A DNA stretch of 63,284 nucleotides, the filler included, from Chiloscyllium plagiosum (taxonomy: Eukaryota), in assembly GCF_004010195.1 (NCBI RefSeq). It is 3 parts of one record of this genome, joined end to end, with 100 filler letters (N's around TTAATTAATTAA, not from the genome) between each part and the next. Parts side by side here need not be neighbours in the genome. Positions count along the whole stretch, not along the records: positions 27,190 to 58,568 come from NC_057710.1; positions 58,669 to 63,284 come from NC_057710.1; 1 more part is not named here. One strand, given 5' to 3'. Numbering within the stretch: the stretch's first letter is position 1; the number at the start of each line of letters is the position of its first letter. The translations under genes were made by a program, and so were the position numbers. Positions 52,091-63,284 of this stretch are shown here, piece after piece. A model generated the notes under the pieces. That model was not told where the DNA came from and made no database searches. It saw nothing but the letters and a program-made list of their open reading frames with translations.

Positions 52091-53682
52091 CCAAGCAACC
52101 ACCTGCTCTCAGGACATGCATTGATCATTTAAAGCGAGATAGACTATGTGCCTGACAGTTTTTTCTATTCATGCCCACCCCTCCCCAATCAAGTGAATGT
52201 ATATTATGGTCTTCAATGTCCATCGCTAAGAATGATTCAATAACATGACTACTGACCAAACTCACTGAGTCCTGAAGGACATAGTTACTAACTGTAGTAA
52301 CTAACCGAGTAACAAGTTCATAACATAACCAATTGTACCTTATTGTTAACAATCAGACTATCTCAGATGCGTCTGCTCATGACATTTCTAGTAGAAGTGA
52401 CCACTGCACACCTCTTGTGGAAATTAGCTCCACACTGACAACAGCCTCCTTCCAGTGTGGCATTATCCCAGTGCTGAATGATATATTCAGAATACTTCCA
52501 GTCATTCAACACTGGGCACCACTGGGGCATTCAGGGACATCAGCAGCAGAACAATATTCAACTACAGTCCTACATTCCAATGCCACCAAGTCAAGGTAGC
52601 ATCCCTAGTTCAAGGAACAATGCAGGACAGCATGGCCTGGAGCAGTACCATTACTGTGTAAAAAGGTAGTGCTAATCATTTGCCTGGATGGGAGTAGTAC
52701 TTAAGAAGTCCAATAACATGCAGCTCAAAGCTGTGGATATTGTTTTTATTTGCTCACAGGATATGAGTCACTGGCAAAGCTAGAATTTGCCTATCTCTAA
52801 TTCCCCTTGAAAGGAATAGCTGCCTTCCTGAATTGCTTTTGAAGTCTCTCTGGTTCAGGGAAGTCTCTTGTTGCAGTGATAATGAAGGTCTGGTGATATA
52901 ATTCCAAGTCACGAAAAGATACATATGATCTACAAGAAACACTAACACTTCTTCTTTGAAGCCGGCAGCCTTTCCCACTGAGAACAAGAGCAGCTGACAT
53001 TTGGAAACATCACCTCCATATGCTGACTTGGAAATATATTGCAATCCTTCATCCATCACTGGGTCAAAGAACGCAAATCTCCTACTAAACAATACTGTAT
53101 TGATCCCTTCAGCAAACAATTGCAGAGATTCAAATAAGCTGAGCAGCATTTTCTTAAGGAGCATTAGAAATGGGCAATAAATGAATTAATTCATGAATGA
53201 ATCAAAAGCAGCTCAACTGGTCAGTCAGAATACCTTCCAGGTGAAGAGTCTGCTGTGTAAACATAATACACGTTCATTTGAACTCCACATGTTACAGCCA
53301 TCTAACTGCAACTTAGTCACTGTGTTGTGCAGCACAGACACAGAACCTTCGGTCCAAGTCCAGACATCCTAAATAAACCTAGTCCTATTTGCCAGCTTTT
53401 AGTCCATATTCAGTCTATATTCATGCCCTCCCAGTTAAGAGAATCTCCTCTCATCAAAGTCAGCCCTGTATCTTTCTTGATGTTGTCACTCACAAAACTA
53501 ATAATTTTATGCAGTGTAGCTCATCATGTTAACTTTCATTTCACATTTAATTGCTAGGAGTTATAAGGAGAAAGTGAATATCATTTTTGGTCAATAAATT
53601 AATACCTTAATGATAATTACATACTTAAACATTTGAAAAGTAATAGTAACAATCAAATGCATTTAGACAGGTTTCTATATTA

Positions 53683-55092
53683 GAACATAAAACATAGAAC
53701 AGGTCCTTCGGCCCTCAATGTTGTGCTGAGCTTTTATCCAACTCAAACTAACCTACATACCCTTCATTTACTATCATCTATGTGCCTATCCAAGAGTCAC
53801 TTAAATGTCCCTGGTGTATCTGAGTCTACTACCATTGCTGGCAGTGCAATCCACACACTCACCACTCTCTGTGTAAAGAACCTACCTCTGACACCTCCCC
53901 TAAACCTCCCTCCCATTACCTCAAAACTATGCCTCCTCATGATAACCATTTCTTCCATGGGAAAAAGTCTCTGGCTATCCACTTTGTGCCTCTCATCATC
54001 TTGTACACCTCTATCAAGTCACCTCATCTTTCTTCGCTCAAAAGAGAAAAACCCTAGCTCCCTCAACCTTCCTTCATGAGGCATGTCCTCCAGTTCAGGC
54101 AGCATCCTGATAAATTTCCTCTGCATGCTCTCTAAAGCTTCCACATCTTTCCAATAATGAGGTGACCAGAATTGAACATAATATTCCAAGTGAGGTCTAA
54201 CCAGAGCTCTATGGAGCTGCAGCATAACATCGTGGCTCTTAAACCCAGTCCCCCTGCTAATGAAAGCCAATGCACCATATGCCTTCTTAACAGCCCTCTC
54301 AACCTGGATGGCAACTTTGAGGGATCTATGGACATGGACCTCAAAATCCCTCAGTTCATCCATACTGCCAAGAATCCTGCCAAGAATCCTGTAATCTGCA
54401 TTCAAATTTGACCTTCCAAAATGAATCACTTCACACTTTTCCAGGTTGAACTCCATCTGCCACTTATCAGCACAGCTCTGCATGCTGTCAATGTCCCGTT
54501 GCAACCTACAACAGCCTTCCACACTATCCACAACTCCAACAACTTTCATGTTATCGGCAAACTTACTAACCCACCCTTCCAATTCCTCATCCAAGTCGTT
54601 TATAAAAATCACAAAGAGCAGAGGTCTCAGAACAGAACCTTACGTGACACCACTGGTCACCAGGCTCCAGGCTGAATACTTTCCATTACTACCAGCCTCT
54701 GCCTTCTATGAGCCAGCCTGTTCTATATCCAGACAGCCAAGTTTCCCTGTATCCCATGCCTCCTTACTTTCTGAATGAGCCTACTGTAGGGAATCTCATT
54801 AAATGCCTTGCTAAAATCCATATATACCACACCCACTGTTCTACCTTCATCAGTGTGTTTTGTCACATCCTCAAATAATTCAATAAGACTTGAGGCATGA
54901 CCTGCCCCCTCACAAAGCCATTCTGATTATCTCTAAACAAGTTTGGTTTTCCAAATAATCATAAATCCTGTCTATCAGAATCCTCTCCAATAATTTGCCC
55001 ACCACCAACATAAAACTGACTGGTCTGTAATTCCCAAAGTTAACCCTATTCCCTTCCTTGAACAAGAGAATAATATTTTCCACCCTCCAATC
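53683..55092 (-). mobile_element. 5'-truncated CR1 LINE (RT to 3' end)
   Basis: IFINDLD...SKFADNMK...RPHLEYYVQFWSP; FFTQRVVSVW. Confidence 0.93.
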
Positions 55093-56589
55093 ACATTGTC
55101 TTGCTACATGTGTTTAAATAAAGAACTCACTATGTCAAAAATTAATTTACACGCTCTTACTTCGGGAGTTTTACATAAAACACGATTCCACAATTTCCAA
55201 AAATATCTGTAAAATGAATAACCAGTTACTTCATTTTAGTGATACTGTTCGAGACAAAAGTGTTGTCCAAACAACATTAAGAACTCTTTAATATACACCT
55301 TAAAAGAGATCGGGCCATGATTTAATATCAGATGTAAAGATATTTGATAACAGCAGTCCCTCACAGTATCAAAGTGTAGGCTGAGATTATGTGTTTAAGT
55401 CTTGAAACACATTTATCTCAGAGGCAAAATTGATAAGATCTAAGTCAAGTTGACACATAATATCTAATTATATTATCCAATTAACACACACCACAATTAA
55501 AAGTCTTACATCTGTCACATGTAGTATCACAGCTCGAAGGTGCCATGCATTTACAAGCCAAAGTGTTCCAAATGATCAAATAATTGCTGGAAATCCTAAA
55601 ACAGATTTGAACACAGCATGCCAGTTTTCCCATATTTACATAAAGAAAAACAAATGATCGATATATGGCAATACATTTTGGTTCAACTTTACAATTACTT
55701 TGGATAAGCATGAGGGAAATTTTGATTTGCACTACCCACACGGAAAGATTAACATTAGCCCTTGTGTTCATATTTAAAACACATTTCAATTATACTCACT
55801 CTATCCTCAGTTAATAACTTCACCAAGACCCAGATGTTTTATTAGCTCATGACACGTAATAATAAAGCACCCACCAGGTTGAAAATCTCACTCAATTTAG
55901 TGGAAGATTTTATCTTGTTTGATTAATGAAGCATAATTCACTTCCAGAAAATATTAGGGCCCAGTCAAGATTGTTTAAATTTCTGAGCAGCTGAATGAAG
56001 ACAAAAATTAGAACAAGATGATCTAAATGAAAAATAAACAGTCTAATAGCAGATACTTAAAAAAAAACACACCTCCCAATGTCAGCATTTCCTCTTTAAT
56101 AAGTTATTTCAGGAGACAGCTGAATAAATAGTTACTTCAGGGTGGAGAGAATGTATAGAAAGATATATTTAAAGATATCTTCTGTTAGAGTTTCAGCATT
56201 TTCATTTCATTCAGCATTCTCAGATTTCAGCACTGAATATTGTTCTGAAATTGTCCCCCAATGCAAATGAAGAATTTTTGTTTGCCATTGTACAAATGTT
56301 ATTCCATTAATGGCAAGTACTGTTTCAGGTACTTGGGTTGAAGAGTAGCAGTCTCACTCCATTTCATAGGATTGAAATTTAGGTATCCTATAGGCAGTAT
56401 TCAACAAACACATTCAGGCATTCACCTGCAGGGGACGACTGTTAGTGCCTCGGTTAATACATTCAATCTTGAAGCAGACATAGCAGTGATCTCTGGTTCA
56501 GTTATTTTAATATAGTAATATCAAATTGTTTTCAAGAAATGAAACCAATTTGTATTCTTTTTTCCGAACAGCTAGATGTCTACCAGAAG

Positions 56590-57100
56590 CTATAAGACAT
56601 AGGAGCAGAAATTAGGCCATTCAGCCCATCAAGTCTGCTTTGCTACTCAATCATGGCTGATAAGTTTCTCAACTCCATTCTCTGCTTTCTCCCCATAACC
56701 CCTTGAAAGTAAATAACCTATTGATCTCAATCTTAAAGAAACTCAAATGACGTGAATTCTACAGATTCCCCACTGTCTGGCTGGAGAGGTTTCTCCTTAT
56801 CTCTGTTCTAAAAGCTCTCTGTTTACTCTAAGGCTGTGCCCTCAGGTCCTAGTCTCTCCTACCAATGGAAACATCTTCCCAACATCCACTTTGTCTAGGC
56901 CATTCAGTACTCTGTAAAGTTCAATTAGATTCCCCCTCCCCCCATCTTTCTAACTCTATTGAGTACTGTCCCAGAGTCCCTAAATGTTCCTCATTGTTAA
57001 GCTGAATCATTCCTCAGACCAATCTAGTGAACCTCCTCTAAATCCACTGCAGGTCCAGTACACCCATCCTGAAGTATGGGGCCCAAAACTGCACACAATA
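56590..57100 (-). mobile_element. CR1 LINE 3' portion
   Basis: ATAAGACATAGGAGCAGAAATTAGGCCATTCAGCCC terminus. Confidence 0.8.
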
Positions 57101-57194
57101 TGTTGTGGTAAAAGAGATTTCTTTTAGTATTTGTGAAGAAATTTGAATGTTTCTGTCATTTTTTTAAGATATCCTAAAATTTGACATATTATCA

Positions 57195-57610
57195 TAGACT
57201 TATAGAGATATCCTACGTAAATCTATTCCTATTTGCCAGCATATGGCCCAGATCACTCTAAACCCTTCCGATTCATATACCCATCCAGAGGACACAATTA
57301 CCTCCACAACTACCTGATGAAGGAGCAGCACTCCAAAAGCTAGTGTGCTTCCAATTAAACCTGTTGGACTATAACCTGGTGTTGTGTGATTTTTAACTTT
57401 GTACACCCCAGTTCAACACCAACATCTCCAAATCATGACTTTTAAATGGTGTAATTGTACCAGCCTCCACCACTTCTTCTGGCAACTCATTTCATTACAC
57501 ACACCACCGTCTGCATGCAAAGTTACCCCGAGGTCTCCCTTTTAAATCTATACCCCCTCACCTTAAACCTATGCCCTCTAGTTTTGGAGTCCCCCACCCC
57601 AGGGGAAAAA
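57195..57610 (-). mobile_element. HER1/CR1 3' fragment interrupted by a family B pLTR module (57300-57437, plus; hammerhead ~57311-57346)
   Basis: GDSKTRGH; CTGATGAAGGAGCAGCACTCCAAAAGCTAGTG. Confidence 0.75.
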
Positions 57611-57614
57611 AAAC

Positions 57615-57880
57615 TGCGGTTCATTTCCCGCCTCAGGTGACTGTCTGTGTGGAGTTTGCAGTTCTCCCTGTGTCTGTGTGGGTTTTCTCCGGGTGCTCCG
57701 GTTTCCTCCCACAATCCAAAAATGTGCAGGTTAGGTGAATTGGCCGAGCTAAATTGCCCGTAGTGTTAGGTGAAGGGGTAAGTGTAGGAGAATGGGGTCT
57801 GGGTGGGTTGCGCTTCGGCAGGTCAGTGTGGACTTGTGGGGCCGAAGAGCCTGTTTCCACACTGTATATAATCTAATCTA
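57615..57880 (+). mobile_element. HE1 SINE (5'-truncated)
   Basis: Close match to 4320-4590. Confidence 0.85.
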
Positions 57881-58149
57881 CATATTAATGAATCAAAACC
57901 TGGTACTCCAATCTAAAAGATGTATGGCTTAACAGCAGTCTCGGTTTGTTAAATATATTATATCAGTTGTATGACACTTTGATCTTTTAGTATAAATTCT
58001 GTGTCTTATGATCCTGCCCCTCAAAGAGCTCAAAGCTCAAGAGCTCAAAGAAAATCAATCCTGTTCACACACCTGTGGAGCCCAAACTAAACTAGTCCCA
58101 CATGCCTGCACTTAGCCCATATTCTCTCAACCTTTCCTGGGTGTAGGTT

Positions 58150-58568
58150 TGCTTGCTGAAAGGGAAAGGGGGAGAGGAGGAGAGTGCTAGTTATAGGAGA
58201 CTCAAAAGTTAGAGGGACAGACAGGCGGTTCTGTGGACATGGGCGAGACTCTCGGATGGTTTGTTGCCTCCTGGGTGCCAGGGTCGGACACGTCTCGGAC
58301 TGTGTCTTCAGAATCCTTAAGGGGGAGGGTGTGCAGCCAGAAGTCGTGGTGCACATTGGCACCAACGACATAGATAAGAAGAGGGGTGGGGAGGTCATTC
58401 AGGAGCTCAGGGAGTTAGGCTGGAAGCTAAAAGCTAGGACAGACAGAGTCGTCATCTCTGGGTTGTTGCCAATGCAGCGTGACAGTGAGGCAAGGAATAG
58501 GGAGAGAGTGCAGTTGAACACGTGGCTGCAAGGATGGTGTAGGAGGGAGGGCTTCAGGTATTTGGACA
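58150..58568 (+). mobile_element. CR1 ORF1 SGNH-esterase fragment
   Basis: VIGDS...CCLLGARV...VVVHIGTND...VVISGLLP. Confidence 0.88.
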
Positions 58569-58668
58569 NNNNNNNNNNNNNNNNNNNNNNNNNNNNNNNN
58601 NNNNNNNNNNNNTTAATTAATTAANNNNNNNNNNNNNNNNNNNNNNNNNNNNNNNNNNNNNNNNNNNN

Positions 58669-58858
58669 CCCATGCCTCCTCCTTGGATCTTTCTTCCTTT
58701 TAGGAATGAACTGATCCTGCAACTTCTGCATTATACACAGAAATATCCGCCATTGTTCCTCCATGGTCATCCCTGCTAAGGTACTGCACCATTGAACTTT
58801 GGCCAGCTCCTCCCTCATTGCTCCATAGTTCCCCTTATTCAACAGAAATATTGTCACT
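58669..58858 (-). mobile_element. CR1 ORF2 linker fragment abutting the ERV env
   Basis: NKGNYGAMREELAKVQW...EEQWRIF...QDQFIP. Confidence 0.8.
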
Positions 58859-60450
58859 TGCTTTAGTAAAAGATCCCCCAGGGCTAGTGTTGTTATGTAT
58901 AAAGGTACAGCATTGCTCCCCAAACATCACAGAAACCCCACCTTTTTCTGCCCGTATACAATCTAAGGCCTGTCTGTTTTGCCATGTCATTTTGGTAGTA
59001 GCATCTAATTGTTCTCCCAAGGCCACAAAGGCATCATCAGTATAATTGATAAATCTCTGTTGGTTGTAATAAGTGTAATTAATCCATTCAGCATTCTTGC
59101 TAACCCCTATCACTGGGATGAGAGCCTCCCAACCCGCAGCAATCTCATTAGATTAGATTAGATTACATTAGATTTCCTACAGTGTGGAAACAGGCCCTTC
59201 GGCCCAACCAGTCCACACCGACCCTCTGAAGAGTAACCCACCCAGACCCACTTCCCTCTGACAAATGTACCTATCACTATGGGTAATTTCGCATGCCCAA
59301 TTCACCTGTTGAGGAAACCGGAGCACCCGGAGGAAACCCTCACAGACACGGGGCGAATGTGCAAACTCCACACAAACAGTCGCCCAAGGCTGGAATTGAA
59401 CTAGGACCAAGGTGCTGTGAGGCAGCAATGCTAACCACTGAGCCACTGGGCCTTAAACTCATTAGGAATACCTCTTAGCTGTCCTATGCTATCAATCCAA
59501 ATCGTCGGATCAGGGCCATTCTGTCGCTTAGTTCAGCACAAAGCTGACTGTGACATAGCGTCAAGCTGCATGTGTGGTGATATAACTACCTTGTGTAGGA
59601 GCATTACACAGGCACAGCTACCACACCAGTCAGTGGGCAGTGTTGGGCGCAACCCTCCTTTCTTACCACACAGCCACCAAGTATCTGCCAGCGGAACGCA
59701 TTGAGAATTTAAAACAGCCCCAAACGTGGTCTCCACCTCTAGTTCAATTGTATTCCCACAAAGACCCATAAAATAGCCTACTGGTGTCGAGCCATTTCGC
59801 TTAAAGCATTCAAAACTCAATCCTTCCTGTATCCTGAGAGCAGACACTGGGAATGTGTAATTAGACTTACTGATGGACCACACAATACTGCTGGTGTTGC
59901 TGCCTGCCCACGTCATCCTGCTGATAGAACATAGAGGCCTGAAGTAGGAGGCACCAAAACAGACAATGGGATTGCCTGTAAGTTGATGGATCATCTGGGT
60001 TAAGAGGTCGACTAGAGTGCTGAAAATGCCATTGAGTACAAGTGGTCAAGTTATAAGGCATAGGGACAACATAGTATGAAGGGGTTGCCTTAATACACAA
60101 GAAACAGTCCTGTCTAGCCATCATTACAGCCGTATAGTTTGCCCATTGATACCAGTGATTGTCACGGGCATTACCAGTCCAGGTCTTCCAAGCTAATGGT
60201 CTCCAAGTCTGAGTGTGTGGGCCTGGCATCGGGGGGGGCGGGGGGCGGGTGGGGGGGTATCAGGGGCATCCCCCATGTCTTCCCCATCCCCGCTGCCAGG
60301 AGAACTATGCTCCACATCTCCATCACAATCATTTCTGGAATGATCAGTATCCCCAAGATCTTCACCTGTACCTTGTTCAGAACCCTGCTGAGGGGTAGTA
60401 GCCTCCTGTGTACCCTGCCCGTGTCCAAGTCTCTTGGCCTCAGCTCCACT
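58859..60450 (-). pseudogene. env: Retroviral envelope (gamma-type), disrupted and 3'-truncated
   Basis: NHWYQWANYTA..CFLC (CxxC); furin site (R>stop)TKR; IDSIGQLRGIPNEFKA/NEIAAG; WINYTYYNQQRFINYT; ISD QNRQALD..AEKGG; (C>S)X6CC. Confidence 0.9.
59148..59448 (-). mobile_element. HE1 SINE inserted in env
   Basis: HE1 head and V-domain, (AATCT)n tail; splits FKA|NEIAAG. Confidence 0.9.
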
Positions 60451-60479
60451 TACCTCAGTGTTAGAGTTAGCTTGTGCTG

Positions 60480-61145
60480 GTGGGAGAGCTTTCGTACAAT
60501 GATTAAGGTGATACCATATGTGTCATCCTTCCACTTGGATGGCGGTAGGTGACGCCTTAGTCACTACAAAAGATCCCTCTCTCCTCGGTTCATTCCAGCG
60601 TCTTCGAAAAACCCGCACGTACACCCAATCCCTGGGTGTAATAGGTCCTTCCTCATTGAAAGGTGTCGGTTCCCTTTGTGTTTCCTGCAGGTGGATAGTC
60701 TCATATATCATAGTTAGCTGCTGCATATATTGCTTAAGTTCTAAGCTTAACCGCTCCAAGCTAGGCCCTTTGTATGGGCCTCTTCACCTTGGCACTGGCA
60801 TAGGTCTACCTGTGAGCATCTCATGCAATGTTAGATTGGTCATGCGATTAGTCTGCATGCGATAACTCATTAGCGCCAGCGGTAGCGCATCAACCCAATT
60901 AAGGTTGGTGCTTGCGCAGATCTTGTTTAATTTGGCTTTCAATGTCCCATTAATCCTTTCCACCATACCCTGTGACTAGGGGTGATACACGTACCCAAAC
61001 CTCTGTTTGATTCTCAAAGATTGCAGCACCAACTTTACTATTTTCTGAATGGAGGCAGATCCATTGTCTGAACTAATTTCCAATGGTATACCAAATCCTA
61101 GGATAACTTCATTCGTCAGAAATTTCACTAATGTCCCAGCTCTGG
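60480..61145 (-). pseudogene. pol: Retroviral integrase, C-terminal two-thirds
   Basis: FGIPLEISSDNG...[15 protein letters not shown]...WVDALPLAL...[14 protein letters not shown]...PTAIQVEG. Confidence 0.93.
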
Positions 61146-62170
61146 TTTCAACCTTATTTCCACTGGGCAAGCTGATTTCACTCTCCCCAGATATGTATCA
61201 TGCTGTGACCACAAAGTGACTGGTAATGCAACCAATTGCTCACTACCATATTGATCATCTTCCTCCACTGTCATTGGCACGCTCCGCTAGGGTGTTACTT
61301 TGACTTCCTTCAGATTCCCTGTCAAGTTGCAGCAAGCTAGGATTTTAATATAGCTGCCATCCCTGGATTTCCAAACCCCTGTCATGAGGATACACCATTC
61401 CCTAACTGTTTCTACATGCCGGGCCATAGGTCCTAAGTCTTTAGATTGATATCCCTTATTTACCAGTAACATGTAGTGCGGCGCCTGATGCACTATACCA
61501 CATTTCCAGGAACGCATTTCTTTCTCTTTGCAGGATCACTCCCTGCTCCCCTAATACTATTGCTTCACTTCTTAAATGTTGTGGAGCAGTGACTTCCTGC
61601 TGCCACTGCCTCTCTAACACCTCATCCTGAGACTCAGACTTAGGTGGTCTTGCTTGAGTCAACATCATCAAGACTTCTGCTTCCCACATCCCCCAGTTAT
61701 CTTGAATACCATTTGCTATATCCCATATCCAATGAACATTCACATCTTTAACTTCTTGCATCACTAATTGTGTATTGGCATTTTCTATGACCAAGCCCTG
61801 CTGTGTGCACTCCAATCTTACCTCTAACTGTAGTAAAGCATCCCTACCTAACAAGTTAATTGGCGTCTCTTGAGACACTAATATTGACAGAACTATCTCC
61901 TGACCTTCCATTTCTAATCTTACTGGAGCTGTAAATTGAGTTAACTGTGATTTCCCTGAGAACCTTACAGTTTTAACAAATTTACTTGACATGGGAAGGT
62001 GAGAGGCATACGGCAGCTGTATACAAGTGTATGTAGCTCCAGTATCTATCATCACCGATGTCTGCCGCCCTTCTATATTAACTTGTATTACTGGTTCTTG
62101 ATCAGCCTCCCATGCTACTACAGGGTAGTGCCCCTTCCCACCCAGGTTCTCAGGGCATCCCTGACACATC
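61146..62170 (-). pseudogene. pol: Retroviral protease, putative 2H-phosphoesterase domain and first residues of RT
   Basis: MIDTGATY...PINLLGRD (protease); HVT-(L)LVNKGYQSKDLGPM; LWSQHDTYLGRVKSACPVEIRLKP (RT N-terminus). Confidence 0.8.
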
Positions 62171-62763
62171 CCATATCAGTTAACAGGTCCTGCTGGGCCT
62201 GTAGGTGTCTGGGAAGTGGCCACTGGGGATTCCCGCTGTCTAGGCCCGCTATAGGGCAGAGAGGGCCCGGTTCAATAAGGACGATTCCTCCTAAAGTGGC
62301 CTCGTTGATGGCATCCCCCGCACATTATTTCTGGCGCCCCCTAGAGCCTGATTATTTATCATGTACCTTAATCCCCCATTCCTACATCACTGGGGATTCC
62401 CGCTGTCTAGGCCCACTATAGGGCAGAGAGGGCCCAGTCCAATAAGGACGATTCCTCCTAAAGTGGCCTCGTTGATGGCATCCCCCGCACATCATTTCTG
62501 GCGCCCCCTAGAGCCTGATTATTTATCATGTACCTTAATCCCCCATTCCTACATCCCTGTCCTTGGGGATCCCAGTTCTGTTTAGGCTGTTGTTTAAATC
62601 TGCCCTGCCCCTGATCTGTCACCTGCGGGAAAGCTTCTCTAAAAACCTCCATTGCTGGCATGGGACTTTCTGGCCCCTGTCTGGCTACCTGATATGACCC
62701 ACCTTGCGCCGGCACTTGGTTCATGCCAGTGTTGATTACTGTGTCAGTTCTTACTGGCAACAC
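62171..62763 (-). pseudogene. gag: gag 3' end with a tandemly duplicated zinc-knuckle segment
   Basis: CGGCHQRGHFRRN(R)P, i.e. CX2CX4HX4C with the last Cys read as Arg, at ~62281-62322 and ~62448-62489. Confidence 0.75.
62221..62554. repeat. 167-bp tandem duplication (2 copies)
   Basis: Units start CACTGGGGATTCCCGCTG at 62221 and 62388. Confidence 0.95.
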
Positions 62764-63284
62764 CTTTTTTTCTTCTTTTTTTATAATATATTTTTATTCA
62801 GAAAAAAATAGATTTTTAAATATTACAACAAATACAATACAATGCAATTCAAAACAGTACAAAAATAGTACAAAACTAAACCAAATAATAAAAACAAATT
62901 CCCCAACCCACCCTCCTTTACGAATGTATAAACATATATAGAGAAGTATAAATTTTAAAAAAAATCTAAACTAGCTATTTAACTAACTAAATAAATACCT
63001 AACAACAAACAAATAAATAGTAATAACTCAGCCCAGCCAAACAAAGCACTCACACATTCACAGTTCCTCCTCCCTGGATATTGGACTCATGAAACACAAT
63101 CATTACGGCTATATAAAAGCCCTTGTTAGTGTGGCAGATAAATCTGTGTCCAGGTATTTCAAAAAGGGTTGCCATGTCTTGTAAAAATTCTCAGTTTTGT
63201 GGTGTACCATATTTGTGAGAAAATCCAGGGGAATATGCTCCATAACAATCTTCCGCCAACCCGACAGGCCTGGGGGGTTTTCTG
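62764..63284 (-). mobile_element. L1 3' end (ORF2 C-terminus, 3'UTR, polyA) abutting or inserted in ERV gag
   Basis: Minus strand reads WRKIVMEHIPLDFLTNMVHHKTENFYKTWQPFLKYL...*; AATAAA and polyA at ~62765-62800. Confidence 0.85.

Larger units (their letters stand above)
58859..62763 (-). mobile_element. Defective endogenous retrovirus (ZFERV/epsilon-like); no LTR visible
   Basis: Collinear gag NC, PR, putative 2H domain, RT start, IN and env on the minus strand. Confidence 0.9.

Noticed and set aside
58184..58624. SGNH/GDSL esterase as a host or captured gene
   Set aside because: Normal ORF1 domain of CR1 LINEs
58621..58923. Env-CR1 fusion ORF as a novel protein
   Set aside because: The env part is read out of frame; chance junction next to an assembly gap

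Overview
Eukaryotic, repeat-rich, probably intronic or intergenic DNA. The repeat complement points to a shark or other cartilaginous fish: HE1/V-SINEs, HER1/CR1 LINEs, Deu-domain SINEs, fish-type L1 and Penelope-like elements. I recognise no intact host protein-coding exon. Almost all long ORFs are transposon fragments. Highlights: (1) About 20 minimal hammerhead-ribozyme motifs in three sequence families, carried by Penelope-type pseudo-LTR modules. These occur as solo, target-site-duplicated or fold-back insertions, and one sits next to a Penelope GIY-YIG endonuclease fragment. (2) A defective ZFERV/epsilon-like endogenous retrovirus on the minus strand (~58.9-62.8 kb) with gag zinc knuckle, protease, a putative 2H-phosphoesterase domain, RT/RNase H almost entirely deleted, integrase and a gamma-type env. 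(3) Several locally templated duplications, one of them inverted. (4) A perfect 34-bp tandem array over the putative start of a Penelope ORF. Two of the three N gaps carry an artificial TTAATTAATTAA linker. All family assignments are from motif recognition; no searches were run.
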